A program made the translations under genes and the position numbers. 38,507 nucleotides of DNA from Candidatus Deferrimicrobiaceae bacterium. GTDB taxonomy: Bacteria; Chloroflexota; Limnocylindria; Limnocylindrales; CSP1-4. The first letter of the stretch is position 1; every line of letters begins with the position of its first letter. The stretch is from positions 1 to 38,507 of the forward strand of contig DATHRO010000102.1 in assembly GCA_035465135.1 (NCBI GenBank). Reading direction: 5' to 3'. Under the pieces are notes generated by a model that worked only from the letters and a program-made list of their open reading frames with translations, had not been told where the DNA came from and did no database searches. Below are positions 15,307 through 24,640 of the stretch, one piece after another.

Positions 15307-16247
15307 GCGCCGCCGCGGATGAAGGCCTCGCGGTCCTCGCGCGCCCGGGCCGTCCAGGACCCGGGTCGGCCCGATCCAATCGGGCGGCCGTCGAAGCGGG
15401 TGACCGGCAGGATCCCGGCGACGCTCGAGCAGATGAAGGCCTCGTCGGCCTCGGCCAGGGCGTGGGTCGTCAGGTACTCCTCGGCCGGCTGGAGACCCAC
15501 GCCGCCGGCCCAGGCGAGGATCCACGAGCGGGTCGTGCCGGGCAGGATCGCGCAGGCCAGGCTGGGCGTCTCGAGCCGAGGACCGCGGACCAGGAACAGG
15601 TTGGCGCTGGTTGCCTCCGAGAGATACCCGTCGGTCGTCAGGAACAGTGCGTCGTCAGCGCCGGCCTGGCGGGCCTCGAGCCGCGCGTGGACATAGTCGG
15701 CCCGGCTGGTCGTCTTGAGCGCGGCGAGCGGGTTGTCGGGATCCCGTCGCACCGAGCTGACCACGAGATGGAGCCCCCGCTCGAGGTGTGCCGCCGGCAC
15801 GGGCGGGATCGGCCAGGCCTGGACGACGACCGTCGGCGGGACCTCGTCGGTCGGCAGCAGCCCCCGCGACGCGCTCGCACCACGGCTGACGGTGATGCGT
15901 ACAGATGCATCCGCCTCGGGGCCGGCGAGGCCATCCGCGGCGAGCAGGGCGTCAAGCGCCCGTCCGATTCTGGCGTTCAGGTCGGCCGGCAGATCGATCG
16001 CGAGGCCGTCGGCCGAGCGCCGCAGCCGGGCCAGGTGCTCGGATAGCTCGACGATCCGGCCGGCGCGAGCGCGCAGGGTCTCGAACACCCCGTCGCCGAG
16101 CTGGAAGCCACGGTCGAACGCCGAGAGGTGGGCGACATCGGCCGCAACGAGGCGGCCGTCGCCCTGCCCGGGGACTGCGCCGGCTCCGACCGTCCCGGAG
16201 ATCCAGACGTGGCGGCCGGCGAGCCGGTCGGGTAGGTCGTCGGTCAT
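15303..16247 (-). CDS. pabC: Class IV aminotransferase-fold protein, probably aminodeoxychorismate lyase
   Basis: FDRGFQLGDGVFETLR...RITVSRG...LKTTSRADYVHARLEA...EATSANLFLV...ILPGTTR. Its ATG overlaps the pabB stop (ATGA at 16244-16247). Confidence 0.75.
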   Translation of the reverse strand: MTDDLPDRLAGRHVWISGTVGAGAVPGQGDGRLVAADVAHLSAFDRGFQLGDGVFETLRARAGRIVELSEHLARLRRSADGLAIDLPADLNARIGRALDALLAADGLAGPEADASVRITVSRGASASRGLLPTDEVPPTVVVQAWPIPPVPAAHLERGLHLVVSSVRRDPDNPLAALKTTSRADYVHARLEARQAGADDALFLTTDGYLSEATSANLFLVRGPRLETPSLACAILPGTTRSWILAWAGGVGLQPAEEYLTTHALAEADEAFICSSVAGILPVTRFDGRPIGSGRPGSWTARAREDREAFIRGGA

Positions 16248-17668
16248 GGACGCTCCACCGCCCCGACCGCGGACAGCGGCCCACGGGCCTTGGCGACCGT
16301 CTCGGCCCACTCCTCGGCCGGGTCGCTGCGCCAGGTGATGCCGCCGCCGACGTGGAGGCTGAGTCGGGCGCCGTCGGCGACGAAGGTCCGAATCAGGATG
16401 CTCGTCTGCATCGCGCCGTCCGCTCCGATCCAGCCGGCAGCGCCTGTGTAAGGGCCGCGCCGGACGGGCTCGAGGCGCTCGAGGATCTCCATCGCCCGAA
16501 TCTTCGGGGCGCCGGTGATCGAGCCGCCCGGGAAGCTCGCAGCGAGCAGGTCGAACGGACCGAGCTCCGTTCGCAAGCGGCCGGTGACGGTGCTGACGAG
16601 GTGCTGGACGGCCGCCGTCCGCTCGAGCCGGCACAGCCGCGGGACGCGGACGCTGCCCGGCACGCAGACCCGGCCGAGGTCGTTCCGCAGGACGTCAACG
16701 ATCATCACGTTCTCGGCCCGATCCTTGGCGCTCGCCAGGAGCTCACACGCGAGCCGCCGATCAGCCTCGCGATCCCGCCCACGCGGGCGGGTGCCCTTGA
16801 TCGGGTCCGTCGCGGCCCGGCCGTGGCGAGCGAGCCCCAGGAACGGCTCCGGCGAGGCCGAGATGATCGCCCGCGGCGCGCCCGTGGCAGCGCCACGGCC
16901 GAGATCGAGATACGCGGCGAAGAGGGCCGGATCGCCGGTTCGGAGCCGCCGGTAGAGCGGCCACGGGTCGTTGCGCCACGGCGTCTCCAGGCGACGCGTC
17001 AGGTTGGCCTGGTAGATCTCGCCGCGCGCGATCTCGGCGCGGACCGCCTCGACGCCCGCCTCGAACGCCGCGCGGTCCAACCCCGATCGCAGCGAAAGCG
17101 GCTCGCGACCCGAAGGCTCCGCTGCCGCCCCGTCCGTTGCCGCGGGCGCCAGCAGCCGCTCACGCGCCCAGGCCAGGCGGGCCTCGAGCGCGTCGATCCG
17201 ATCGTCGACGGCCCGCGCCGCCAGCCAGGCACGTCCGTGGCGCCGGTCCCAGGCAACCAGCCAATCGTGCAGGGCCAGCCGCAGCAGCGGCAGATCCTGG
17301 TCGACCGCCGCGACGGACGGCAACCGCTCGAGGCGCCGGCCGAGGTCGTACGACAGGTAGCCGATGAAGCCACCGCTGAACGGCGGCGCCGCGGGATCGG
17401 CGAATCTCGCCGCCGCCAGGCGGCGCAAGGCCCGGCGCGCCGTGGCGAACGCGTCCGGTCCCTCGGCCGGTGCGTCGACGACCGCGACGGGATCGGCCGA
17501 CAGGTACGACCAGCGCGCGTTCCGACCCGGGCGCGCGCTCTCGAGGAGGGCCAGGCCCGGCAGGTCGCGCAAGCGCTCGGCCGCGTCCATCGGCGCAACG
17601 GTGTCGAGCTCAGGGATGCGCACCGCGGCGGCCCCGGGGCGAGTGGAAACAAGGCGCTCGGTGGTCAC
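16244..17668 (-). CDS. pabB: Aminodeoxychorismate synthase component I (chorismate-binding enzyme)
   Basis: GEIYQANLTRR...SASPEPFL...PIKGTRPR...AKDRAENVMIVDVLRNDLGRV...FPGGSITGAPKIRAMEI...RGPYTGAAGW. No glutamine amidotransferase gene is adjacent. GTG start. Confidence 0.85.
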   Translation of the reverse strand: MTTERLVSTRPGAAAVRIPELDTVAPMDAAERLRDLPGLALLESARPGRNARWSYLSADPVAVVDAPAEGPDAFATARRALRRLAAARFADPAAPPFSGGFIGYLSYDLGRRLERLPSVAAVDQDLPLLRLALHDWLVAWDRRHGRAWLAARAVDDRIDALEARLAWARERLLAPAATDGAAAEPSGREPLSLRSGLDRAAFEAGVEAVRAEIARGEIYQANLTRRLETPWRNDPWPLYRRLRTGDPALFAAYLDLGRGAATGAPRAIISASPEPFLGLARHGRAATDPIKGTRPRGRDREADRRLACELLASAKDRAENVMIVDVLRNDLGRVCVPGSVRVPRLCRLERTAAVQHLVSTVTGRLRTELGPFDLLAASFPGGSITGAPKIRAMEILERLEPVRRGPYTGAAGWIGADGAMQTSILIRTFVADGARLSLHVGGGITWRSDPAEEWAETVAKARGPLSAVGAVERP

Positions 17669-17746
17669 GATGGAACGATCATAGGCGGGCTCGCGAACGT
17701 GCCGGCCAGACTCCGGATGGCGCCGGCCGGAAGCTGTCCGCGCCGG

Positions 17747-18109
17747 CTAGCCGCCGGCGGCGTGGTCCCGGCGACTGAACTCGACGAGCGCCTCGCGGCA
17801 CGCAGCAGCAGCGCGCTCGGCCTGCCGGACGATCCACGGATCGACGCGCGAGCTGTCCTCGATCGTGAGCGCCTCGACGCCGCCGTCCTCGTCCAGCACG
17901 ATCCCGCTCGTGTTCCGATAGTCGGCCATCCAGTTGGCCTGCAGCTGGAGCAGGACGTCGGCCACGACGCGAGCCTCGAACAGCCAGTCGAGGTGGGTCG
18001 CGTTCAATCGGTCCACCAGCGCCGCGATCGCCACCGGGCGGCCTCGCGGCAGCCGAGCCACGAGCTCGACGACCCGCAGGGTCGCGAACGGGTCGGCCGA
18101 TTCGGCCAC
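17747..18109 (-). CDS. Hypothetical protein (120 aa)
   Basis: An ORF between kamA and pabB on the same strand, with a GTG start and no clear RBS. I recognise no motif. Confidence 0.45.
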   Translation of the reverse strand: MAESADPFATLRVVELVARLPRGRPVAIAALVDRLNATHLDWLFEARVVADVLLQLQANWMADYRNTSGIVLDEDGGVEALTIEDSSRVDPWIVRQAERAAAACREALVEFSRRDHAAGG

Positions 18110-18186
18110 GACCGGCGGGCGCAGGGCGGTCGCGTCGGGCAGTCCGGGCGGGGCGGGTCGGAGGTCGTCCGGATCGAGCCCCTGCG

Positions 18187-19761
18187 TCAGAGCATCTCTC
18201 CGTGGGCCGAGCCGGTCGGCTCGCCCTCGCGCGGACGCGGCTCCTCGCCGGCGCCGTACTCGGGTGTGGCGGCCGCGGCGTCGCCCTCGGCGGCGTCGTC
18301 CTCGTCACCGGCCGCCAGGACCGGCAGTGGCCGTCCCGCCCGGCCCTCGATCGCGCCGACCCCGAACGGCACCCACTTCGACGGGTCCTGGAGGCGGTGG
18401 GCCTCGGTGTTGCCGCGGCTATGGATCTCCTCGAAACCCTTCGGCTCGATCCACATCTGCTCGCCCTCGAGCAGGCCGAGGACCCCGGACTGGCCGGGCT
18501 CCGGCCGCTCGTGCTGGCAGTAGGCGCAGGCCGCCTTGTCGTGGGCCGTGTACGCCGTCGGCTCCTCGTAGGTCGTGATGTAACCCTCGTAGTTCCGGAG
18601 CACGACCTTGTGGTCCGAGTAGCTGATCAGGTAGTTGGGCATGACCGGGATCTTGCCGCCGCCGCCGGGCGCGTCGATGACGTACGTCGGGATGGCATAG
18701 CCGGACGTGTGGCCTCGCAGGCCCTCCATGATCTCGAGGCCCTTGCCGACCGGTGTCCGGAAATGGCCGGAGCCCTCGACCAGGTCGCACTGGTACAGGT
18801 AGTACGGCCGGATCCGGTTCTCGACCATGCGATGGACCAGCGCCCGCTGGATGTGGACGCAGTCGTTGACGCCGGCCAGGAGGACGCTCTGGTTGCCGAG
18901 GGGGACGCCGGCCCGAGTCAGCTTGTCGGCCGCTCGAGCGACCTCGGGCGTGATCTCGTTGGGGTGGTTGAAGTGGAGGTTCATCCAGATCGGGTGGTAG
19001 CGGGCGAGCATCTCGCACAGCTCATCGTCGACTCGCTGCGGCAGGAACACCGGGACCCGCGTCCCGATCCGGATGATCTCGATGTGGGGGATCTCGCGAA
19101 GCCCGCGAATGATCGATTCGAGGAGCTTCGGCGCGAGCGTCAGGCCGTCACCGCCGGAGATCAGCACGTCGCGGACCTGAGGCGTCCGGCGCAGGTATTC
19201 CAGCTGGGCCTCGTGCTCGCGGCGGTTGAAGTTCTGGGTCGGGTCGCCCACGATCCGGCTGCGGGTGCAGTAACGGCAGTAGCTGGCGCACTGCGTGGTG
19301 ACCAGCATCAGGACGCGGTCCGGGTAGCGGTGCACCAGCCCCGGCACCGGCGAGTGGCGATCCTCGGCCAGCGAGTCCTCCATCATCGCCGTGAACGATT
19401 CCGCTTCGCGGCCGAGCGGGATGACCTGGCGCCGGATCGGGTCGGTCGGGTCGTCGGGGTCGATGAGGCTGGCGAAATACGGCGTGATGTCGACCCGGAA
19501 CTTGTCCTCGGCCGTGAGGCCGGCGCGTTCGTCTTCGGTCAGGTTGAGGACGGCCCCGACCTCGTCGACGGTGTTGATCCGGTGGCTGAGCTGCCAGCGC
19601 CAGTCGTCCCACTGCTCGTCGGGGACGTCGGCCCAGATCGGCGCGCGGCGGCTGCGAGCCGGCTTGCCGTCAGGCCCGAGGGCCTTGGCCGGATCGCGCG
19701 GATTGACCCACGGCTGCTCCGTCAGCGCGAGGTCGGAGTGGTGCTCGTCCTTGGCGGCCAT
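18187..19761 (-). CDS. kamA: Lysine 2,3-aminomutase (KamA-family radical SAM, PLP-dependent) with an acidic C-terminal tail
   Basis: Radical SAM CASYCRYCTRS. KamA-family blocks RQVIP, HRYPDRVL, DVLISGGDGL, IIRIGTRVPV, NHPNE, NQSVLL.GVND, YYLYQCD and GGGK. Confidence 0.9.
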   Translation of the reverse strand: MAAKDEHHSDLALTEQPWVNPRDPAKALGPDGKPARSRRAPIWADVPDEQWDDWRWQLSHRINTVDEVGAVLNLTEDERAGLTAEDKFRVDITPYFASLIDPDDPTDPIRRQVIPLGREAESFTAMMEDSLAEDRHSPVPGLVHRYPDRVLMLVTTQCASYCRYCTRSRIVGDPTQNFNRREHEAQLEYLRRTPQVRDVLISGGDGLTLAPKLLESIIRGLREIPHIEIIRIGTRVPVFLPQRVDDELCEMLARYHPIWMNLHFNHPNEITPEVARAADKLTRAGVPLGNQSVLLAGVNDCVHIQRALVHRMVENRIRPYYLYQCDLVEGSGHFRTPVGKGLEIMEGLRGHTSGYAIPTYVIDAPGGGGKIPVMPNYLISYSDHKVVLRNYEGYITTYEEPTAYTAHDKAACAYCQHERPEPGQSGVLGLLEGEQMWIEPKGFEEIHSRGNTEAHRLQDPSKWVPFGVGAIEGRAGRPLPVLAAGDEDDAAEGDAAAATPEYGAGEEPRPREGEPTGSAHGEML

Positions 19762-19918
19762 CGTGCTGTGTTTGTCTCCCGGCGGGGCCCGATGCCCGAT
19801 CGGACGCCGGCGCCCGAACGCATAAAGTCTATGCAGATTGCATGCCCGCGGATCATAGCCCGGGGGTCCCGCGGGGTCCAGCCGATCGGGCCCGCCAGGG
19901 CGGCCCTACCATCGCCGG

Positions 19919-20704
19919 ATGACCGACTCGACGCCGCTGCCAGAGCACGCCCGCGCGAATCGCGAGGTCTGGGACCGCTACGCCGCGGACTACATCGAGC
20001 CCGGCCGCCGCAACTGGGCGGCCGCCGAGCCGCACTGGGGCATCTGGCACGTCCCGGAGTCGGAGCTGCGGCTGCTGCCGGATGACCTCACCAACCGCGA
20101 CGCGATCGAGCTCGGCTGCGGCACGGCGTACGTCTCGGCCTGGCTGGCGCGGCGCGGCGCGAACCCGGTGGGCATCGACAACTCGCCGGCCCAGCTCGAG
20201 ACGGCCCGCCGGCTTCAGGACGAGTTCGACGTCCACTTCCCGCTCCATCTCGGGATCGCCGAGGACCTGCCGTTCGAGGATGGGACGTTCGACTTCGCGA
20301 TCAGCGAGTACGGCGCCGCCCTGTGGGCCGACCCGTTCCGCTGGGTCCCGGAGGCGGCCCGCGTGCTCCGCCCGGGCGGCCGGCTCGTGTTCTACACGAA
20401 CGGACCCTTGCTGCAGCTGACAATGCCGGAATCCGAGACCGAGGGGCCGGCCGGAGCGCGGTTGCTGCGCCCGTACTTCGGGCTGTACCGCACCGAGTGG
20501 CCGGACGACGGCTCCGTCGAGTTCCACCTGCCGCACGGCGAGTGGATCCGGCTGCTGCGCGAGACCGGCTTCGAGATCGAACGCCTCGTGGAGGTCCGAG
20601 CGCCCGAAGACGCGGTGAACGACCCGCGCTGGACCTACGTCACGCCGGAGTGGGCCCGCCAGTGGCCGTCAGAGGAGGCCTGGGTCGTCCGCAAGCCGGG
20701 TTGA
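19919..20704 (+). CDS. Class I SAM-dependent methyltransferase
   Basis: Motif I AIELGCGTAY, then GIDNSPAQL, FDFAIS and LRPGGRLVF. Confidence 0.8.
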   Translation: MTDSTPLPEHARANREVWDRYAADYIEPGRRNWAAAEPHWGIWHVPESELRLLPDDLTNRDAIELGCGTAYVSAWLARRGANPVGIDNSPAQLETARRLQDEFDVHFPLHLGIAEDLPFEDGTFDFAISEYGAALWADPFRWVPEAARVLRPGGRLVFYTNGPLLQLTMPESETEGPAGARLLRPYFGLYRTEWPDDGSVEFHLPHGEWIRLLRETGFEIERLVEVRAPEDAVNDPRWTYVTPEWARQWPSEEAWVVRKPG

Positions 20705-20726
20705 GCGTGCCGGCGCCGCCGGGCGG

Positions 20727-21089
20727 CTACTCGCCGATGACGCTCCAGAGGAAGCCCATCGAGATGAAGAAGCCGCTGAACAGGGCGATCAGCCCGAGAC
20801 CGCCGTAGGGCGAGTTGGCGCCGGTGTGCGGCACAAGCTGGAGGCCGATCCCGAACACCACGGCCCAGATCACGAACAGGATGCCGAACAGCCACTTGCC
20901 GTTCGGCCCCGTGATCCGCTTGACCCAGCGCGAGCGACCGTCCGATGACGACGCGGACTTGAGGAAGATGTAGACGAAGCCCGCCGCGACCCCGACCGAC
21001 ACGAACAGCGCCGGGAGGTTGTTCGGGAAGTTCTCGAACCACAGGGTGAAGATCGTCATCGCGGCGGATGCTAGCAGACCGACTAGCAT
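20727..21089 (-). CDS. Small hypothetical membrane protein (3-4 TM)
   Basis: MLVGLLASAAMTIFTLWFENF...FGILFVIWAVVFGIGLQLV...LGLIALFSGFFISMGFLW. The start is either the ATG at 21089 or the ATG at 21059. Confidence 0.55.
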   Translation of the reverse strand: MLVGLLASAAMTIFTLWFENFPNNLPALFVSVGVAAGFVYIFLKSASSSDGRSRWVKRITGPNGKWLFGILFVIWAVVFGIGLQLVPHTGANSPYGGLGLIALFSGFFISMGFLWSVIGE

Positions 21090-23400
21090 GGTCGAGCCGA
21101 TGAATCCACCCCCACGGGCTGCCCGCTCCGGTGGGCCCGCGAGCCGATTCGAGCGCCTCGGCCGGTGGTCCGCGAGACATCGACGAGCGGTCGTCGCCGC
21201 GTGGGCGCTGGTGATCGTCGCGGCCGTGCCGCTGGCCGTCCGGACGCCCGACGCGCTGCGCTCGGGCGGCTTCATTCGCGACGATCTCGAATCGGCGCGG
21301 GCCAAGGCGCTCCTGGAGGGCGAGATCGGCGTCCCCCAGGCGGCGCTTGCCGTGGTCTTCCACTCCGAGACGCTGCGAGCGGGCGAGCCGGCCTTCGAGG
21401 GGGCCGTCGCGGCGGCGATGGCCGGGGTCCGGGACGCGCCGTACGTCACCGGCGTGCTGTCGCACGCCCTGTCGCGGCGGCAGGTGTCGGCCGATGGGCG
21501 GACGGCCTACGACGTCGTGACCCTCGACCTGGCAGCCGACGAGTCGCCGCGCGCGCTGCCGGGCATCCGGGCGGCCCTGGCCGACGTGTCGACGATGGGC
21601 GTCGAGGTCGGCCTGGCCGGCGGCCCGGCGTTCTACGGCGACGTCCAGGATGTCTCGGAGAGCGACCTCCGGCGAAGCGAGCTGATCTCGCTGCCGCTGG
21701 CGGCGCTGGCCCTGCTGCTGGTGTTCGGATCGCTCGTCGCGGCCAGCCTGCCGCTGGCGATCGGCGGGGCCGCAGTGGTCGTCGCGCTGGCCGCCATCTT
21801 CGTGGTCGCGACTGCCGCCCCGATGAGCATCTTCGTGCTGAACCTGGCGACGCTGCTTGGCCTCGGGCTGGGCGTCGACTATTCGCTCCTGATGACAAGC
21901 CGCTTCCGCGAGGAACTGGCCAATCGGGGCTGGCGGGCCGAGGCGGTCGAGGATGCCGTGGGCGCGACGCTCCGGACGGCGGGCCGGGCCGTCTTCTTCT
22001 CCGGGCTGACCGTTCTCCTCGGGCTGTTCGGCCTCGTCCTGTTCGAGTTCATGATCCTCCGCTCGGTCGGGATCGCCGGGGCGGTCGTCGTCGGCCTCGC
22101 GGTGCTCGCCGCCCTGACACTGCTGCCGGCCCTGCTGGCGTTCGTCGGCGTCCGACTCGACGCGCTGCGCATCCGGCGTGTCAGCGCCACGCCGAGCGAG
22201 GACGGGCCGTGGGCCCGCCTCGCGGGCTGGGTCATGGCCCGACCGGTGGCGGTGCTCGTGCCGACACTGGCGGTCCTGCTGCTGCTCGGGGCGCCGTTCC
22301 TGCACGTCCGCTTCAACGCCCCGGACGCCCGGATCCTGCCGGAGCACGTGCCATCGCGGGCCGCCTTCGACCGTCTCGTCGCCGAGTTCGGGCCCGGCCC
22401 GTTCGCCCCGATCGTCCTCGCGATCAGGACTGACGGCGACGTGCTCCAGCCGGCGAACCTCGAGGCCCTGTTCGACTATTCGCGGCGCCTCGCTGCCGAC
22501 CCTCGGATCGAGCGCGTCGACGGTCTGGTCGACCTCGACCCGCGGTTGACCGTCGAGCAGTACGCCCTGCTGTACGGCAGCGGCAGGACGCCGCCCGATC
22601 GGTTCGCAATCGAGGCGCTCGCGGCGACGACCCGCGACGACCTGACAACCTTCACGCTGACGACGCCGTACGGCCCCAACGAGACGGCCGGCCTCGAGCT
22701 GGTCCGCGACCTGCGGCAGCCGGCGGGGCCGCTGGCGGCGCCGCCCGGCGCGACGGTCTTGGTCGGCGGCGGCGCGGCCGATGTCGAGGACGTGGTCACC
22801 GGCATCGCTATGGACTTCCCGCGGACAGCGGCGTTCATCGTCGTCACGACGTTCCTGGTGCTCCTGCTGCTGCTGCGCTCGGTCGTCCTGCCGCTCAAGG
22901 CGCTGGCGATGAACAGCCTGTCGATCGCCGCGTCGTTCGGCGCCCTCGTCTGGATCTTCCAGGATGGCAACCTTTCGGCGCTGCTCGGGACGAGGCCGCT
23001 GGGCTTCGTCGAGACGACCCAGCCGGTGATCCTGTTCTGCGTCCTGTTCGGCCTGTCGATGGACTACGAGGTCTTCCTGCTGACGCGGATGCGCGAGGCC
23101 TGGGATCGCGATCGCGATAACCGCGCGGCCGTCGCGCATGGTCTGGAGCGAAGCGGTCGGATCGTGACCTCCGCCGCGCTGATCGTTGTCGTCGTGGCCG
23201 GCTCGTTCACCTTCGCCGACATCGTCCTGATCAAGGCCCTCGGCCTCGGCATCGCGATCGCCGTCGCGCTCGACGCGACGGTCGTCCGGGCGCTGCTCGT
23301 GCCGGCCACGATGCGGCTCGTCGGCGACTGGAACTGGTGGCTACCGCGCTGGCTTGAGCGTCGTTTGCCGGCTCTCGAAGAGGACTCGGGGGCGGCATGA
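21088..23400 (+). CDS. MMPL-family (RND superfamily) membrane transporter
   Basis: Two 6-TM halves separated by soluble loops. It has the typical RFERLGRWSARHRRAVV N-terminus, and DYSLLMTSRFREE and DYEVFLLTRMREA in the two halves. The start is 21088 or 21100. Confidence 0.85.
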   Translation: MVEPMNPPPRAARSGGPASRFERLGRWSARHRRAVVAAWALVIVAAVPLAVRTPDALRSGGFIRDDLESARAKALLEGEIGVPQAALAVVFHSETLRAGEPAFEGAVAAAMAGVRDAPYVTGVLSHALSRRQVSADGRTAYDVVTLDLAADESPRALPGIRAALADVSTMGVEVGLAGGPAFYGDVQDVSESDLRRSELISLPLAALALLLVFGSLVAASLPLAIGGAAVVVALAAIFVVATAAPMSIFVLNLATLLGLGLGVDYSLLMTSRFREELANRGWRAEAVEDAVGATLRTAGRAVFFSGLTVLLGLFGLVLFEFMILRSVGIAGAVVVGLAVLAALTLLPALLAFVGVRLDALRIRRVSATPSEDGPWARLAGWVMARPVAVLVPTLAVLLLLGAPFLHVRFNAPDARILPEHVPSRAAFDRLVAEFGPGPFAPIVLAIRTDGDVLQPANLEALFDYSRRLAADPRIERVDGLVDLDPRLTVEQYALLYGSGRTPPDRFAIEALAATTRDDLTTFTLTTPYGPNETAGLELVRDLRQPAGPLAAPPGATVLVGGGAADVEDVVTGIAMDFPRTAAFIVVTTFLVLLLLLRSVVLPLKALAMNSLSIAASFGALVWIFQDGNLSALLGTRPLGFVETTQPVILFCVLFGLSMDYEVFLLTRMREAWDRDRDNRAAVAHGLERSGRIVTSAALIVVVVAGSFTFADIVLIKALGLGIAIAVALDATVVRALLVPATMRLVGDWNWWLPRWLERRLPALEEDSGAA

Positions 23401-24575
23401 TGAATCGCCGGCGCGACCCGTGGCTCGTGGCCGTCCTCGCGATCGCGCTGTCCGGCTGCACCGACGGTCCGATCCTCGCCAACCCGCCCCAGGTGTTCCC
23501 GACGCCGGTCCCGGCAACGCCGGCGCCGTCTCGGCCGGCCGATCCGAAGCCGGTCGTCCTGCCGCGCGACGACGGGCCTCACGATCGGCTGACCGAGTGG
23601 TGGTACTACACCGGCCACCTCGCGACGGCCGACGGGCGGCGCTTCGGGTTCGAGGCCGTGATCTTTCGGGCCGAGCGCGGCGACGTCCCCGTGACGTGGG
23701 CCTCGCACCTCGCGCTGACCGACGAGAACGGCCAGCGCTTCCTGTACGGCCAGCGGAGCGAGATCGGGCCGCAGGTCGACCGCTCGCCACGCGATGCCAC
23801 GGGCGCACCGACCGGCTTCGACCTCGCGGTCGGCGGGCCGACCTCGCCGGGCCTCGGTGGCGCGATCGACCCGGCCGCCGCGCCGTGGCGGCTGGCCGGG
23901 TCGAACGGCAGCGACCGCATCGAGGCCGCGCTGTCGCCGGCCGAGGCGGGCCTCGCGGGCGGGACGTTCGGCCTGCGGCTCGAGCTCGACTCGACGAAGC
24001 CGGCCGTGCTCCACGACGACGACGGCTGGGTCGAGTTCGGTCCCGCTGGTGGCTCGTACTACTACTCTCGGACGCGCCTCGCCGTGGACGGGGAGCTAAC
24101 GCTCGACGAGGTGACGCTCCCGGTCACGGGGATCGCGTGGTTCGACCACCAGTGGGGCGACTTCATCTCGGTCGGCGGGGGCGGCTGGGACTGGTTTGCC
24201 ATCAACCTCGCCGACGGCACGGATCTGACGATCTCGATCGTTCGCGATGCGTCCGGGGAGCCGGTGCTGCGCTACGGCACGCTCGTGGCGGCGGACGGCG
24301 GGATCCGCCACCTCGAGGCGAGCGATCTCAGCGTCGAGGCCGGCGCAACGTGGACGAGCCCCCGAACGGGGCGCAGCTACCCGATCGAGTGGCACATCGA
24401 CGCTGCGCTCGACGTCCCGCTCGTGCTCCACGCCACCCTGCCCGATCAGGAGCTCGACACGCGTGCCACGACGGGTGTCGTGTACTGGGAAGGCTCACAC
24501 TCGGTCAGCGGTCGTGGCGGACGGACCGGCGTTTCCGGCCAGGCCTATGTGGAGATCACCCGCTACGGCACTTGA
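23397..24575 (+). CDS. AttH/CrtC-like (hydroxyneurosporene synthase fold, lipocalin-like) lipoprotein
   Basis: Lipobox LSGC, then EWWYYTGHL, FGFEAVIFR, YYYSRTRL, AWFDHQWGDF, WDWFAINL and YWEG. Its ATG overlaps the MMPL stop (ATGA). Confidence 0.7.
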   Translation: MMNRRRDPWLVAVLAIALSGCTDGPILANPPQVFPTPVPATPAPSRPADPKPVVLPRDDGPHDRLTEWWYYTGHLATADGRRFGFEAVIFRAERGDVPVTWASHLALTDENGQRFLYGQRSEIGPQVDRSPRDATGAPTGFDLAVGGPTSPGLGGAIDPAAAPWRLAGSNGSDRIEAALSPAEAGLAGGTFGLRLELDSTKPAVLHDDDGWVEFGPAGGSYYYSRTRLAVDGELTLDEVTLPVTGIAWFDHQWGDFISVGGGGWDWFAINLADGTDLTISIVRDASGEPVLRYGTLVAADGGIRHLEASDLSVEAGATWTSPRTGRSYPIEWHIDAALDVPLVLHATLPDQELDTRATTGVVYWEGSHSVSGRGGRTGVSGQAYVEITRYGT

Positions 24576-24640
24576 GGGGCCGCCGCGCCCGGGCCGTTCG
24601 GCACTGTTGCGCGCCGCGCCCGATCCCGACCCTAGGAGCC

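Noticed and set aside
15905-18523. Very long ORFs in the track: 15905-18523 (+, 872 aa), 20635-23139 (-, 834 aa), 30791-33253 (+, 820 aa), 7031-9187 (-, 718 aa), 13005-14972 (+, 655 aa), 18202-20085 (+, 627 aa) and 25168-27006 (-, 612 aa)
   Set aside because: Their translations are Arg/Pro/Gly/Ala-rich and low in complexity, with no motifs. They lie antisense to, or out of frame with, genes that carry clear family signatures. Such shadow ORFs are expected in very GC-rich DNA because stop codons are rare. Only the 3' part of 13005-14972 (from 14517) is real.
19762-19918. A possible lysine riboswitch in the kamA leader
   Set aside because: The whole intergenic region is only 157 bp and is shared with a divergent gene. 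I could not recognise the conserved L-box helices or motifs.
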